Assembly: GCA_964448525.1 (NCBI GenBank)
Contig: CAYUXB010000001.1
Coordinates: 1-56,196 of the forward strand
Length of the DNA stretch: 56,196 nt
Reading direction: 5' to 3'
From: an uncultured Acidimicrobiaceae bacterium
Lineage (GTDB): Bacteria; Actinomycetota; Acidimicrobiia; Acidimicrobiales; VFJN01
Both the position numbers and the translations under genes were made by a program. Positions 9,926 through 18,674 of this stretch are shown in pieces (position 1 is the first letter of the stretch; each line of letters opens with the position of its first letter). A model generated the notes under the pieces. That model saw only the letters and a list, made by a program, of their open reading frames with translations. It made no database searches and was not told the DNA's origin.

Positions 9926-9958
9926 GCATCCGCCGCGCCGGCGGGCGATGATGGACCC

Positions 9959-10315
9959 GTGATCACCGAGGACGACGTGCGCCGGGCAGCGCTCTCGCTG
10001 CCCGCCACCACCGAGAAGCCCTCCTACGGGACGCCGGGCTTCCGGGTGCGCGACAAGCTCTTCGCCCGCATCCGCGAGGAGGGCGACGTGCTCGTCGTGT
10101 GGGTCGACGGGCTGGAGGAGAAGGACGTGCTGCTCGCCGCCGCGCCCGACAGGTTCTTCACGACACCGCACTACGACGGTCACCCGACGGTCCTCGTGCG
10201 GTTCGACGCCGTCGAGGTCGACGAGCTGACCGAGCTGCTCACCGACGCGTGGATGGTGCGGGCGCCGGCCCGGCTGCGCGCCGAGCTCGAGGCCACGCTC
10301 GGGAAGGAAGGCTGA
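9959..10315 (+). CDS. MmcQ/YjbR family DNA-binding-like protein
   Basis: In-frame GTG 9959 in ORF 9680..10315 gives VITEDDVRRAALSLPATTEKPSYGTPGFRVRDKLFARI...FFTTPHYDGHPTVLVRF, typical of the family. Upstream ORF residues are antisense to the cupredoxin remnant. Confidence 0.75.
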   Translation: MITEDDVRRAALSLPATTEKPSYGTPGFRVRDKLFARIREEGDVLVVWVDGLEEKDVLLAAAPDRFFTTPHYDGHPTVLVRFDAVEVDELTELLTDAWMVRAPARLRAELEATLGKEG

Positions 10316-10317
10316 CC

Positions 10318-10617
10318 ATGGACGAGACGCGCGGCGCCGTGGTGCGCAACGAGGAGCGCTCCCGGTACGAGTTGGTGGTCGACGGCGAGGTCCTCGGCTT
10401 CGCCGACTACCGCCCTGGCGCAGACGGCCGCACGGTGTTCCCCCACACCGTCATCGATGCCGGCCGGCGTGGCCAGGGCCTCGGCGCCGCGCTGGTGCGA
10501 GGCGCGCTCGACGACGTCGCGGCGCGGGGCGGCTCGGTGGAGCCGCTCTGCTGGTACGTCGCCCAGTTCATCGACGACAATCCCGAGTACCAGTCGCTGC
10601 TGGGACCGACCGGTTGA
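10318..10617 (+). CDS. Small GNAT-family N-acetyltransferase (YjdJ-like, about 99 aa)
   Basis: ATG 10318 gives MDETRGAVVRNEERSRYELVVDGEVLGFADYR...RRGQGLGAALVRGALDD...VEPLCWYV. Confidence 0.75.
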   Translation: MDETRGAVVRNEERSRYELVVDGEVLGFADYRPGADGRTVFPHTVIDAGRRGQGLGAALVRGALDDVAARGGSVEPLCWYVAQFIDDNPEYQSLLGPTG

Positions 10618-11444
10618 GCGGCTCCGACCAGGACGAGGTCTACACCCACGGCCACCACGAGGCCGTGCTCCGCTCGCACCGGTGGCGCTCGGCCACCAAC
10701 TCGGCCGCCTACCTGTTGCCGCACCTGCGCCCCGGGCTCGACCTCCTCGACATCGGCTGCGGCCCGGGCACCCTGACCGTCGACTTGGCCGCCCGGGTGG
10801 CGCCCGGCCGGGTGCTGGGCGTGGACGTGGCCTCCGAGGCTGTCGACGCGGCGCGCGACCACGTGGCGTCGCTGGGGACCGACGCGGGCGGTGCGCAGGT
10901 CGGCTTCGACGTCGGAGACTTCCGGGCCATGGGGCTGGCGCCCGGCTCGTTCGACGTCGTGCATGCCCACCAGGTGCTCCAGCACCTGCGCACCCCGGTC
11001 GACGCTCTCGCCGCGATGGCGGCCCTCACTCGCCCCGGTGGCGGCATCGTCGCGGCCCGCGATGCGGACTACGACGCCATGAGCTGGGCCCCCGCCGACG
11101 AGCGGCTTGACCGGTGGGCGGCGATCTACCAGGAGGTGACGGCCCGCAACGGCGCCGATGCCAACGCCGGCCGGCGCCTTCCGGGCTGGGCCCGGGCCGC
11201 CGGGCTGCGGGACGTCACCTACACGACATCCACCTGGACGTTCTCCACCCCCGAGGACCGGACGTGGTGGAGCGAGACGTGGGCGGAGCGCATCGTGTCG
11301 TCGTCACTGGCCGCGCAAGCACAGGAGTACGGCCTGGCGACCGCCTCCGACCTGGCCGACATCGCCGCCGGCTGGGAGGCCTGGGCCGCGGACGTGGACG
11401 CCGTCTTCACCGTCGTCCACGGCGAGATCGTCGCTCGCACCTGA
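10614..11444 (+). CDS. Class I SAM-dependent methyltransferase
   Basis: Motif I LLDIGCGPGTLTVDLA. The TTG start overlaps the upstream stop (TTGA). Confidence 0.8.
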   Translation: MSGSDQDEVYTHGHHEAVLRSHRWRSATNSAAYLLPHLRPGLDLLDIGCGPGTLTVDLAARVAPGRVLGVDVASEAVDAARDHVASLGTDAGGAQVGFDVGDFRAMGLAPGSFDVVHAHQVLQHLRTPVDALAAMAALTRPGGGIVAARDADYDAMSWAPADERLDRWAAIYQEVTARNGADANAGRRLPGWARAAGLRDVTYTTSTWTFSTPEDRTWWSETWAERIVSSSLAAQAQEYGLATASDLADIAAGWEAWAADVDAVFTVVHGEIVART

Positions 11445-11483
11445 CGGCCGGCCACCAGCGCCTGGGCAAGTCCGTGGACGGAG

Positions 11484-11924
11484 GTGGCGGCCCCGCGCTT
11501 GCATGGCGCCATGGCTGCCGCCTCCCCCATCTCCACCGTCCTCGCCCTCGACCACATCGTCCTCGTGGTCGACGATCCCGAGCGCACGCTGGCCTGGTAC
11601 GGGCATCACGCCGGGCTGGCCGGCGTGCGGGTGGACGAGTGGCGGTCGGGCGACGCGCCGTTTCCGTCGCTGCGCGTCGACGAGGCGACCATCATCGACC
11701 TGATCCCCGGCCTCGACGAGCCGGAGCGGCGCGGACACCTCGACCACATCTGCTTCGTGGTGACGAGGGACGACCTCGACGCCCTCGCGGCAGACCCGGG
11801 GCTCACGGTCGTGGACCGTGGCCCGCGGTTCGGCGCCCGCGGCGAGGGCGAGTCGATCTACGTGCACGATCCCGACGGTCTGACCGTCGAGTTCCGCACC
11901 TACGAGGACGTCCGGCCCACCTGA
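11484..11924 (+). CDS. VOC (glyoxalase/bleomycin-resistance/dioxygenase) family protein
   Basis: LDHIVLVVDDPERTLAWY ... LDHICFVV ... GESIYVHDPDGLTVEF. Confidence 0.75.
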   Translation: MAAPRLHGAMAAASPISTVLALDHIVLVVDDPERTLAWYGHHAGLAGVRVDEWRSGDAPFPSLRVDEATIIDLIPGLDEPERRGHLDHICFVVTRDDLDALAADPGLTVVDRGPRFGARGEGESIYVHDPDGLTVEFRTYEDVRPT

Positions 11925-11981
11925 GTGCCGAGGGCGGGACCGCCGCGTCTCCCCGGCCGCCCAACGGGGCAGGATGGCGCG

Positions 11982-13019
11982 ATGCAGGTCGGACTCGTCC
12001 TCGGCGCCGGTGGGGTCACGGGCCTCGCCTACCACGCGGGGGCGCTGGCCGCGCTCGAACGTGAGCTGGGTTGGGACCCACGTTCGGCCGACATCGTGAC
12101 CGGCACCTCGGCCGGCTCGGTGACGGGCGCTCTGCTCCGCCGTGGCGTCTCGGCCGCGGACATGGCGCTCATCGCCGTCGGGCGCCAGCCCGCCGCCAGC
12201 CCAGCGGGCGTCGCGCGGGCCCTCCACCAGCGGCCGTCGTTCCCGCCGGTCACGCTCCGATCCCTGGTCGGGCTGCCGCGGGTCCCGAGCGCAGCCCTGC
12301 TCGCGGCCTGGGTACGCCGCCCGTGGCGGGTCGACCCCATCACCGCGCTGGTGAGCGTCCTCCCCGACGGTCAGCTCGACCTGGTGGAGCACGCGAGCGC
12401 GCTCGACGAGCTGCTCGGCTCGGCGTGGCCCGACGACACCCTGTGGATCTGTGCGGTGCGGCACGACGACCTGCGCCGCGTGGTGCTGGGACGGGATCTG
12501 TCGTGCCGACTGGCGGCCGCGGTGGCCGCATCGTGCGCCATCCCGGGCTACTTCCGCCCGGTGCAGATCGGTCGGCGCACCTACATCGACGGCGGCGTGC
12601 GATCGCCCACCAACGCCGACATCCTCCGGCGGGCCCCGCTCGACCTGGCGATCATCGTGTCGCCCATGTCGGGCCGCGACCTCGGCCGCGTGGGTGCGTC
12701 GAACGTCGTGCGCCGCCACGCCCGTGCCAAGCTCGCCGGGGAGCGGCGTCGGCTCGACGCAGCCGGCATCCCGTCGGTGGTGATCGAGCCGGGCCCGGCG
12801 GTCATCGAGGCGCTCGGCGCCGACTTCATGAGCCACGCCCGCACCACCGACATCGTGGCCGCAGCGATGGCGGACACGGCGGAGCTGGCGCGGGCCCCGG
12901 TGGTGCGCACGCTGCTGGCGGGACTGGTCGACACCACCGGTCGCGAGGCGACCGCCCCGGGCCGCACCCGGCGCCCGCGCCGGCCGGACCGCCATCCCGG
13001 CCGAGGCCCGTCGCGCTGA
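11982..13019 (+). CDS. Patatin-like phospholipase family protein
   Basis: Internal ATG gives MQVGLVLGAGGVTGLAYHAGAL (oxyanion GxGxxG). Nucleophile elbow is GTSAGS. DGG motif is YIDGGVRS. Confidence 0.85.
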   Translation: MQVGLVLGAGGVTGLAYHAGALAALERELGWDPRSADIVTGTSAGSVTGALLRRGVSAADMALIAVGRQPAASPAGVARALHQRPSFPPVTLRSLVGLPRVPSAALLAAWVRRPWRVDPITALVSVLPDGQLDLVEHASALDELLGSAWPDDTLWICAVRHDDLRRVVLGRDLSCRLAAAVAASCAIPGYFRPVQIGRRTYIDGGVRSPTNADILRRAPLDLAIIVSPMSGRDLGRVGASNVVRRHARAKLAGERRRLDAAGIPSVVIEPGPAVIEALGADFMSHARTTDIVAAAMADTAELARAPVVRTLLAGLVDTTGREATAPGRTRRPRRPDRHPGRGPSR

Positions 13020-13086
13020 ACGGACGTCGCGGTTGACCCTCCCCCCGGGGGAGACGACAGGGTGTGCCCCTGTGAGCGACGGACTG

Positions 13087-13986
13087 ATGACGATCGGGAC
13101 CTTCTCGCGGGCGAGCCAGCTCTCGGTGAAGGCACTGCGGGCCCATCACGAGTCGGGCCTCCTGGTGCCCACCCGGATCGACCCGGCCACCGGCTATCGC
13201 CGCTACCACGCCACCCAGCTCACCGACGCCGCCGTCATCCTGCGCCTGCGCTCGCTCGACGTGCCCCTCGTCCGGGTGCGCGAGGTGGTCCACGCCCGCG
13301 ACCCTGAGGTCACCCGCCGCGTGCTCGCCGCCCACGCCGCGGCCATGGAGGAGCGGCTCGCGGACGTGTCCCGCATCGTCGACGAGCTGCAGGCCGGAGT
13401 GGCGCTGCCGGCCGCGCACACGCCGGTCCACGTGCGCGACGTGCCGGCCGCACACACCTTGGCCGTGCGGGGTGAGGTGACGGCCACCGACGTCGCGGCC
13501 TTCCTCGAGACCGCCTTCGCGGAGCTGGCGGCGGCACTCGACCGGAGCTCGACCGCCCCGATCGGGCCGTTCGGCGCCCTCTACGCCTCCGAGCTGGCCG
13601 ACGACGGTCCCGAGGCGGTCGACGCGTTCGTGCCGATCGGGGCTCCGGTCGCCCTGCCCGAGGATCGCGGCCGGGTGCGGCTCGGGGAGCTTGCCACCGC
13701 CCGGGTGGCCGTGCTCGTCCACGCCGGCAGCTACGACGAGATCGCCGACAGCTATCGCCACCTGGGCGCCTGGGTGGCGCTCAACGACAGGTCGGCGGGC
13801 GAGCGCGTGCGGGAGACCTACCTGATCGGCCCGGGGGACGTCGACGATCCGGCTGGGTTCCGCACCGAGATCCACTGGCCTCTCGCGGCCCGTCCCCACG
13901 ACAGCCCCGGAATCGACACCGACAGCTCCGACACCCCAGACACCGACAGTTCCGACACCGACAGTCCCGAGGAGATCACACCATGA
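13087..13986 (+). CDS. MerR-family transcriptional regulator with GyrI-like effector domain and an acidic D/T/S repeat tail
   Basis: MTIGTFSRASQLSVKALRAHHESGLLVP...GYRRY is a MerR helix-turn-helix. The C-terminus carries short repeats, DTDSSDTPDTDSSDTDSP. Confidence 0.8.
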   Translation: MTIGTFSRASQLSVKALRAHHESGLLVPTRIDPATGYRRYHATQLTDAAVILRLRSLDVPLVRVREVVHARDPEVTRRVLAAHAAAMEERLADVSRIVDELQAGVALPAAHTPVHVRDVPAAHTLAVRGEVTATDVAAFLETAFAELAAALDRSSTAPIGPFGALYASELADDGPEAVDAFVPIGAPVALPEDRGRVRLGELATARVAVLVHAGSYDEIADSYRHLGAWVALNDRSAGERVRETYLIGPGDVDDPAGFRTEIHWPLAARPHDSPGIDTDSSDTPDTDSSDTDSPEEITP

Positions 13987-14348
13987 CCGTCACTCTCGCC
14001 GCCATCACCATCGACTGCGACGACGCCCACGCAGTCGCCCGTTTCTGGTCGGCCGCGCTCGATCGCCCCCTGGCCGACGAGCCGGCCCCCAGCCGAGAGT
14101 TCGCGTTGATCGGGCGCGCTGATCACGGCGCCGACGCCGCGCCCAGCTGGATGTTCGCCCGCGTTCCCGAGGGGAAGACCGCGAAGAACCGGATGCACGT
14201 CGACCTCGTGGCCGAGGACCGCTCGGCCGCGATCGACCGGCTGGTCGCCCTCGGGGCCACCCGCGGACCCGACAAGGACGAGTGGGGCATGCAGTGGACG
14301 GTGATGAGCGACCCGGAGGGCAACGAGTTCTGCGTGGCCCAGGCCTGA
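13983..14348 (+). CDS. VOC/glyoxalase-like domain protein
   Basis: ITIDCDDAHAVARFWSAAL...KNRMHVDL...DPEGNEFCV. The start overlaps the upstream stop (ATGA). Confidence 0.75.
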   Translation: MTVTLAAITIDCDDAHAVARFWSAALDRPLADEPAPSREFALIGRADHGADAAPSWMFARVPEGKTAKNRMHVDLVAEDRSAAIDRLVALGATRGPDKDEWGMQWTVMSDPEGNEFCVAQA

Positions 14349-14837
14349 TCAGGCGGCGACGACCCAGGCCACCCACACCGCGATCATCCCCAGGGCGGCC
14401 ACGAACTGCACCAGGGCGGCGAGGCCGAACCCGACGATCGTCGCCCTGGTCGCCCGCCACGCCGCCGAGGGGTCGCGGGTGCGGAGGTGCTCGCCCGCGT
14501 AGATGCCGAGCACCCCGCCGAGCGCCATCCCGACGATCGGCACCACGAAGAACCCCACCACCGCCCCGGCGACGCCGAGGAGCACCGACGACCGGGTCGC
14601 CCCGGCGACCGACGCGCGTCGCTGGGGCACCACGTAGCCGGCGACGGTCGCGCCGACGGCGACGATGGTCATCACCCCGAAGGCGGCGACGCCGACCGCG
14701 TCGAACCCCTGGTCGATGCCATACACCAAGCCGGCCAGCCAGATCAGCCCCAGGCCAGGCAGCAGCGGCACCACGGTGCCCACCGCGCCGACCGCCATGA
14801 CGACGGCCAGCACCGCGACGAGTTCGCCGTCGCTCAC
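14349..14837 (-). CDS. DUF456-like integral membrane protein
   Basis: 162 aa, four to five hydrophobic helices, LPGLGLIWLAGLVYG motif. Confidence 0.65.
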   Translation of the reverse strand: MSDGELVAVLAVVMAVGAVGTVVPLLPGLGLIWLAGLVYGIDQGFDAVGVAAFGVMTIVAVGATVAGYVVPQRRASVAGATRSSVLLGVAGAVVGFFVVPIVGMALGGVLGIYAGEHLRTRDPSAAWRATRATIVGFGLAALVQFVAALGMIAVWVAWVVAA

Positions 14838-14997
14838 GGCCGCGGACGCCCAGGGTGCACGAAGGCGGACGCTAGTGCCCTGTCGACAACGTGTGCGCCC
14901 TTCCAGGCCGAACGTTCATGGACAGAGCACTAGCGTCTCCACCGGCCGCGACCATGGCCGGACGGGTCGTGCACGGCTCGGGTGCGCCGGGCGTAGC

Positions 14998-15702
14998 GTG
15001 ACCGTCGTGTCCGAGGTCCGTGAGTACCGCCAGTCCCGCTTCCAGCGTCCCCCGGGGGCCTGCGAGCTGCTGCTCGTCCGCCACGGCGAGTCGGCCCCTG
15101 CCCGCGACGATCGGCCGTTCCCGCTCGTCGACGGCCACGGCGACCCCGAGCTCGCGCCGGCGGGACGAGAGCAGGCCTACCGGGTGGCCGAACGCCTCGA
15201 GCACGAGGACATCTCCGCCATCTACGTCACGACGCTCCAGCGCACCGCCCAGACGGCGGCCCCTCTGGCCGAGCGCCTCGGTCTCGAACCCCGGGTCGAG
15301 CCCGACCTGCGCGAGGTATACCTCGGGGAGTGGGAGGGCGGCAGCTTCCGCCGCCACGTCGCCGAGGGCCACCCGATCGCCCGGCGGATGTACGCCGAGC
15401 AGCGCTGGGACGTCATCCCCGGCGCGGAGCCGGGCGACGCGTTCGCGGCGCGGGTGCAGGGCGCGATCACCCGCATCGCCGGGCGACACCGCGACGAGGC
15501 GGTCGTCGTCGTCTCGCACGGTGGGGCGATCGGCCAGGTGCTGGCCCTGGCGACCGGCGCGACGGGCTTCACGTTCGTGGGCTCGGACAACGCCGGCATC
15601 TCCCATCTCGTGGTCACCGACGACCGTTGGGTCGTCCGCCGGTTCAACGACACGGCCCACCTCGGCATGGCGTTCACGACCGCCGCCCAGCTCCCGACCT
15701 GA
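14998..15702 (+). CDS. Histidine phosphatase (phosphoglycerate-mutase-like) family protein
   Basis: In-frame GTG 14998 lies within ORF 14665..15702. Contains the RHG motif LLLVRHGES and the later VVVVSHGGAI. Confidence 0.85.
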   Translation: MTVVSEVREYRQSRFQRPPGACELLLVRHGESAPARDDRPFPLVDGHGDPELAPAGREQAYRVAERLEHEDISAIYVTTLQRTAQTAAPLAERLGLEPRVEPDLREVYLGEWEGGSFRRHVAEGHPIARRMYAEQRWDVIPGAEPGDAFAARVQGAITRIAGRHRDEAVVVVSHGGAIGQVLALATGATGFTFVGSDNAGISHLVVTDDRWVVRRFNDTAHLGMAFTTAAQLPT

Positions 15703-15714
15703 GCCGCCGACGGG

Positions 15715-16383
15715 TCAGGCCGCCACGAAGCTGAACTCGTCGGTCTCGTCCTCGAGGACGGTGCCGGTCTCCTCGAGGACGGGCCGGCCCTTGACGGTCG
15801 CCGTCAGCGTGTAGTCGCCGCCGCCGCAGCCCTCGACCTGGTAGCCGTGGACCTCGACCCGGTAGTTGCCGAGCGGCATGTCGCCCTCGGGCCAGTAGAC
15901 GTTCTCGACCGATGACTCCAGCTCGCAGCCGATGTTCGAGTCGACGTCGAGGGTGCCGCCCGTGCCGGTGGGGCCTGGGTTGGTGTAGGCGATCTCGGTG
16001 CCGCTCGGCTCGACCACGTGCAGGTCGAGGTCGGCGGCGGAGGTCCAGCGCAGCGTGATCTGCACGTCGCCGGAGCCGAGATCCGGCTCGGGCTCTGGTC
16101 GAGGTTCCGGCGGGGGTGTCGGCTCCGGCTCCGGCTCCGGCTCGGTCGTGGGCGCCGGCTCGCAGTCCTCGTCGGGTTGCTGTGTCGTCCATGCCCAGAC
16201 CGGAGGCCCGGCGCACGGGTCGCCGCCGCCGGGCTCGGGATCCGGCCGGTCGCCCCCGGGGGGCGCCGGCCGGTCCGGGCGGGTCGTGGTGGTGGCCGCC
16301 GTGTCGAGCACGCCACCCGGCGAGCTGCATGCGCCGGCAACCACGGTGGTGACGGCGAGGAGCACTGCGGGGATGGTGCGCAC
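15715..16383 (-). CDS. Secreted lipoprotein with Pro/Glu-rich linker and a C-terminal beta-sandwich-like domain resembling DUF2135/YfaP
   Basis: GTG 16383 gives VRTIPAVLLAVTTVVAGAC (lipobox). The linker is (EP)n. C-terminal sequence is ITLRWTSAADLDLHVVEPSGTEIAY...GNYRVEVHGY. Confidence 0.6.
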   Translation of the reverse strand: MRTIPAVLLAVTTVVAGACSSPGGVLDTAATTTTRPDRPAPPGGDRPDPEPGGGDPCAGPPVWAWTTQQPDEDCEPAPTTEPEPEPEPTPPPEPRPEPEPDLGSGDVQITLRWTSAADLDLHVVEPSGTEIAYTNPGPTGTGGTLDVDSNIGCELESSVENVYWPEGDMPLGNYRVEVHGYQVEGCGGGDYTLTATVKGRPVLEETGTVLEDETDEFSFVAA

Positions 16384-16536
16384 GGGCGGCCTCCGGTGGC
16401 GGCGGACGGCCTGCCCCCGGTGGGACAGGCGACCCGCACAGGGTGGCTGAGCGACCGGGCGCACACATCGGGGTCATCCCCATGACGATGCGAGGGCACC
16501 CCGAGGGCGGGGTGTCCTCGGCACCGCACCGCGGCG

Positions 16537-17757
16537 TCAGTCCGTCGGCAACTCGCCGAGGGTGACCTCGACCGTCTGGTCCTCGCCGCCCCGGGTGACG
16601 GTGACCTCGACCTGGTCGCCGGGGGCGTGGGACCTGATCGCGGCGGTCAGTGCCGCGGCGTCGTCGATGGCGGTGTCGCCGACGCGGGTGACCACGTCGC
16701 CCTCGCGCAGGCCGGCGTCGGCCGCGGGCTGGCCGTCCTCGACCGCACCGACGAGGGCACCGTCGCCCGTTTCGGTGTCGGCGATGGAGACGCCGAGGTA
16801 GGCGTGGGTGACGGTGCCCTCCTCGGCGAGCTGCTCGGCGATGTCGCGTGCCGTGTCGATCGGGATGGCGAAGCCGACGCCGATGTTGCCCCCCTGGGAC
16901 GTCGTGCCCTGGGCGAGCGAGGCGATCGCGGTGTTGATCCCGATCACGTCGCCGTCTGCGTCGATGAGTGCCCCGCCGGAGTTGCCAGGGTTGATGGCGG
17001 CATCGGTCTGGATGGCGTCGATGACCGCGGTGGTGCCCGCGCCCGGCGAACCGCCGCCGAAGGGCGACTGCGGCTCGCCCTGCAAGCTGATCGCCCGGCC
17101 GAGGGCGCTGACGATGCCGGCGCTCACCGAGCCGTCGAGCCCGAGGGGGCTGCCGATGGCCAGCACGGTGTCGCCGACGTGGAGGTCGGCGCTGCTGCCC
17201 AGCGAGGCCGGGGTGAGGCCGTCGACGTCGTCGGCCTGGATGACGGCCAGGTCGGTGGCCGGGTCGCGCCCGAGGATCGAGGCCTCGGCCCGCGTCCCGT
17301 CGGCGAAGGTGACCGTGAGCGTTCCCTCCTCCGCGGCCGCCGCCACGACGTGGTTGTTCGTGAGGATCTGCCCGTCGGAGCTGAGGACGATCCCCGAGCC
17401 GCTCCCGCTGAGCGGGCCGGATTCGACGCCGATCGACACGACGCTCGGCAGGACCGCGGCCGCCGCCTGCGAGAGCGGCTCGTTCGGCGGCGTGTCGTCG
17501 CCACCGATCGGGGACGCGTCGATGCTGCTGGTCACGGGCGTCGAACCGCTGTCGTCGTCGAGACCGAGCGCCACGAGGGCGCCGCCGGTGGCCGACACGA
17601 GCATCAGCCCGCCCGCGGTGAGGACCGCCATCGCCCGCCGGCCCCGCCGAGGGGGTGGCGGGGCCGGCGAGGACGGCCGTTGGGGGGCGGACGGAGGCAG
17701 AGGGGGGATCGGCGGGCGCGGCGACGGCGGGGGGAGCTGCGTCGTCTGATCGGTCAT
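16537..17757 (-). CDS. htrA: S1C (HtrA/DegP/PepD-like) serine protease with C-terminal PDZ domain
   Basis: Pro-rich cytoplasmic tail and TM helix. Catalytic motifs TNNHVV (His) and NPGNSGGALID (Ser). PDZ-like C-terminus. Confidence 0.9.
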   Translation of the reverse strand: MTDQTTQLPPPSPRPPIPPLPPSAPQRPSSPAPPPPRRGRRAMAVLTAGGLMLVSATGGALVALGLDDDSGSTPVTSSIDASPIGGDDTPPNEPLSQAAAAVLPSVVSIGVESGPLSGSGSGIVLSSDGQILTNNHVVAAAAEEGTLTVTFADGTRAEASILGRDPATDLAVIQADDVDGLTPASLGSSADLHVGDTVLAIGSPLGLDGSVSAGIVSALGRAISLQGEPQSPFGGGSPGAGTTAVIDAIQTDAAINPGNSGGALIDADGDVIGINTAIASLAQGTTSQGGNIGVGFAIPIDTARDIAEQLAEEGTVTHAYLGVSIADTETGDGALVGAVEDGQPAADAGLREGDVVTRVGDTAIDDAAALTAAIRSHAPGDQVEVTVTRGGEDQTVEVTLGELPTD

Positions 17758-17942
17758 GCGGGAAAGTATGAACCCCGTGCCTGCACGGCGGCTGGGCGGA
17801 CCCTGGGAGCGACCTGGACGCCCCGAGGCACCTTCCGTCCGCGGTCACGCGTCCAGGTCGCGTTCAGCCAGCTCTCAGGTTGCGACGGCATCCTCGTTCC
17901 GTGACCAGCACCGATGGCGGTACCGTCAGCGCGCAGAGCACC

Positions 17943-18674
17943 ATGAGCGACCTCCTCCCCCCGACGAACGGGCGCACGCCCGAAGCCCGCTTGCTGGTCG
18001 TCGACGACGAGCCCAACATCGTCGAGCTGCTGTCGACCAGCCTGCGGTTCGCGGGTTTCGAGGTGGCCACCGCGATGACCGGCGCCGACGCCGTGCGGGC
18101 GGTCGAGCGCCACCGTCCCGACCTGGTCCTCCTCGATGTCATGTTGCCGGACATCGACGGCTTCGTCGTCCTGCGGCGCCTGCGCGAGGGGCGCGAGCGG
18201 CTCCCGGTGCTGTTTCTCACGGCCCGCGACGCCAACGACGACAAGGTGACCGGTCTCACGCTGGGTGGCGACGACTACGTCACCAAGCCGTTCAGCCTCG
18301 AGGAGGTCGTCGCCCGCATCCGCGCCGTCCTGCGCCGTACCCAGCCGGACGGTGACGGCGAGTCGCGTCGCCTGGCCGTCGCCGACCTGGAGCTCGACGA
18401 GGACAGCCACCAGGTCTGGCGTGCGGGCAAGGAGGTCCAGCTCTCCCCCACCGAGTTCAACCTGCTGCGGTACCTGATGGTCAACGCGGGTCGGGTGCTG
18501 TCGAAGGCCCAGATCATCGACCACGTGTGGAGCTACGAGTTCGACGGCGACCCCAACATCGTCGAGTCGTACATCTCTTACCTCCGGCGCAAGCTCGACG
18601 TCGGCGCCGACCCGCTCATCCACACCATCCGAGCGGTGGGCTACGTCCTGCGCCCCCCGCGTGACGGGGACTGA
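17943..18674 (+). CDS. OmpR/PhoB-family response regulator (MprA/CseB-like)
   Basis: Internal ATG gives MSDLL...RLLVVDDEPNIVELL, with DLVLLDVMLPDIDG as the phospho-acceptor region. Winged-helix C-terminus is TIRAVGYVLR. Confidence 0.92.
   Translation: MSDLLPPTNGRTPEARLLVVDDEPNIVELLSTSLRFAGFEVATAMTGADAVRAVERHRPDLVLLDVMLPDIDGFVVLRRLREGRERLPVLFLTARDANDDKVTGLTLGGDDYVTKPFSLEEVVARIRAVLRRTQPDGDGESRRLAVADLELDEDSHQVWRAGKEVQLSPTEFNLLRYLMVNAGRVLSKAQIIDHVWSYEFDGDPNIVESYISYLRRKLDVGADPLIHTIRAVGYVLRPPRDGD

Noticed and set aside
9680-9958. N-terminal 93 residues of ORF 9680..10315
   Set aside because: This stretch is antisense to the cupredoxin remnant and has no MmcQ-like sequence. The family-typical N-terminus begins at GTG 9959.
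13900-13980. Short D/T/S-encoding repeats at the MerR gene 3' end, and the (EP)n-coding repeats at 16080-16150, as separate findings
   Set aside because: These are low-complexity linker or tail coding sequences of a kind common in actinobacterial proteins. They are noted in the features, and nothing further is supportable.
15674-17848. 724-aa minus-strand ORF over the lipoprotein and HtrA genes
   Set aside because: It is off-frame relative to the HtrA gene (which has the His/Ser protease motifs and PDZ) and the lipoprotein gene. The translation is R/G/P-rich.
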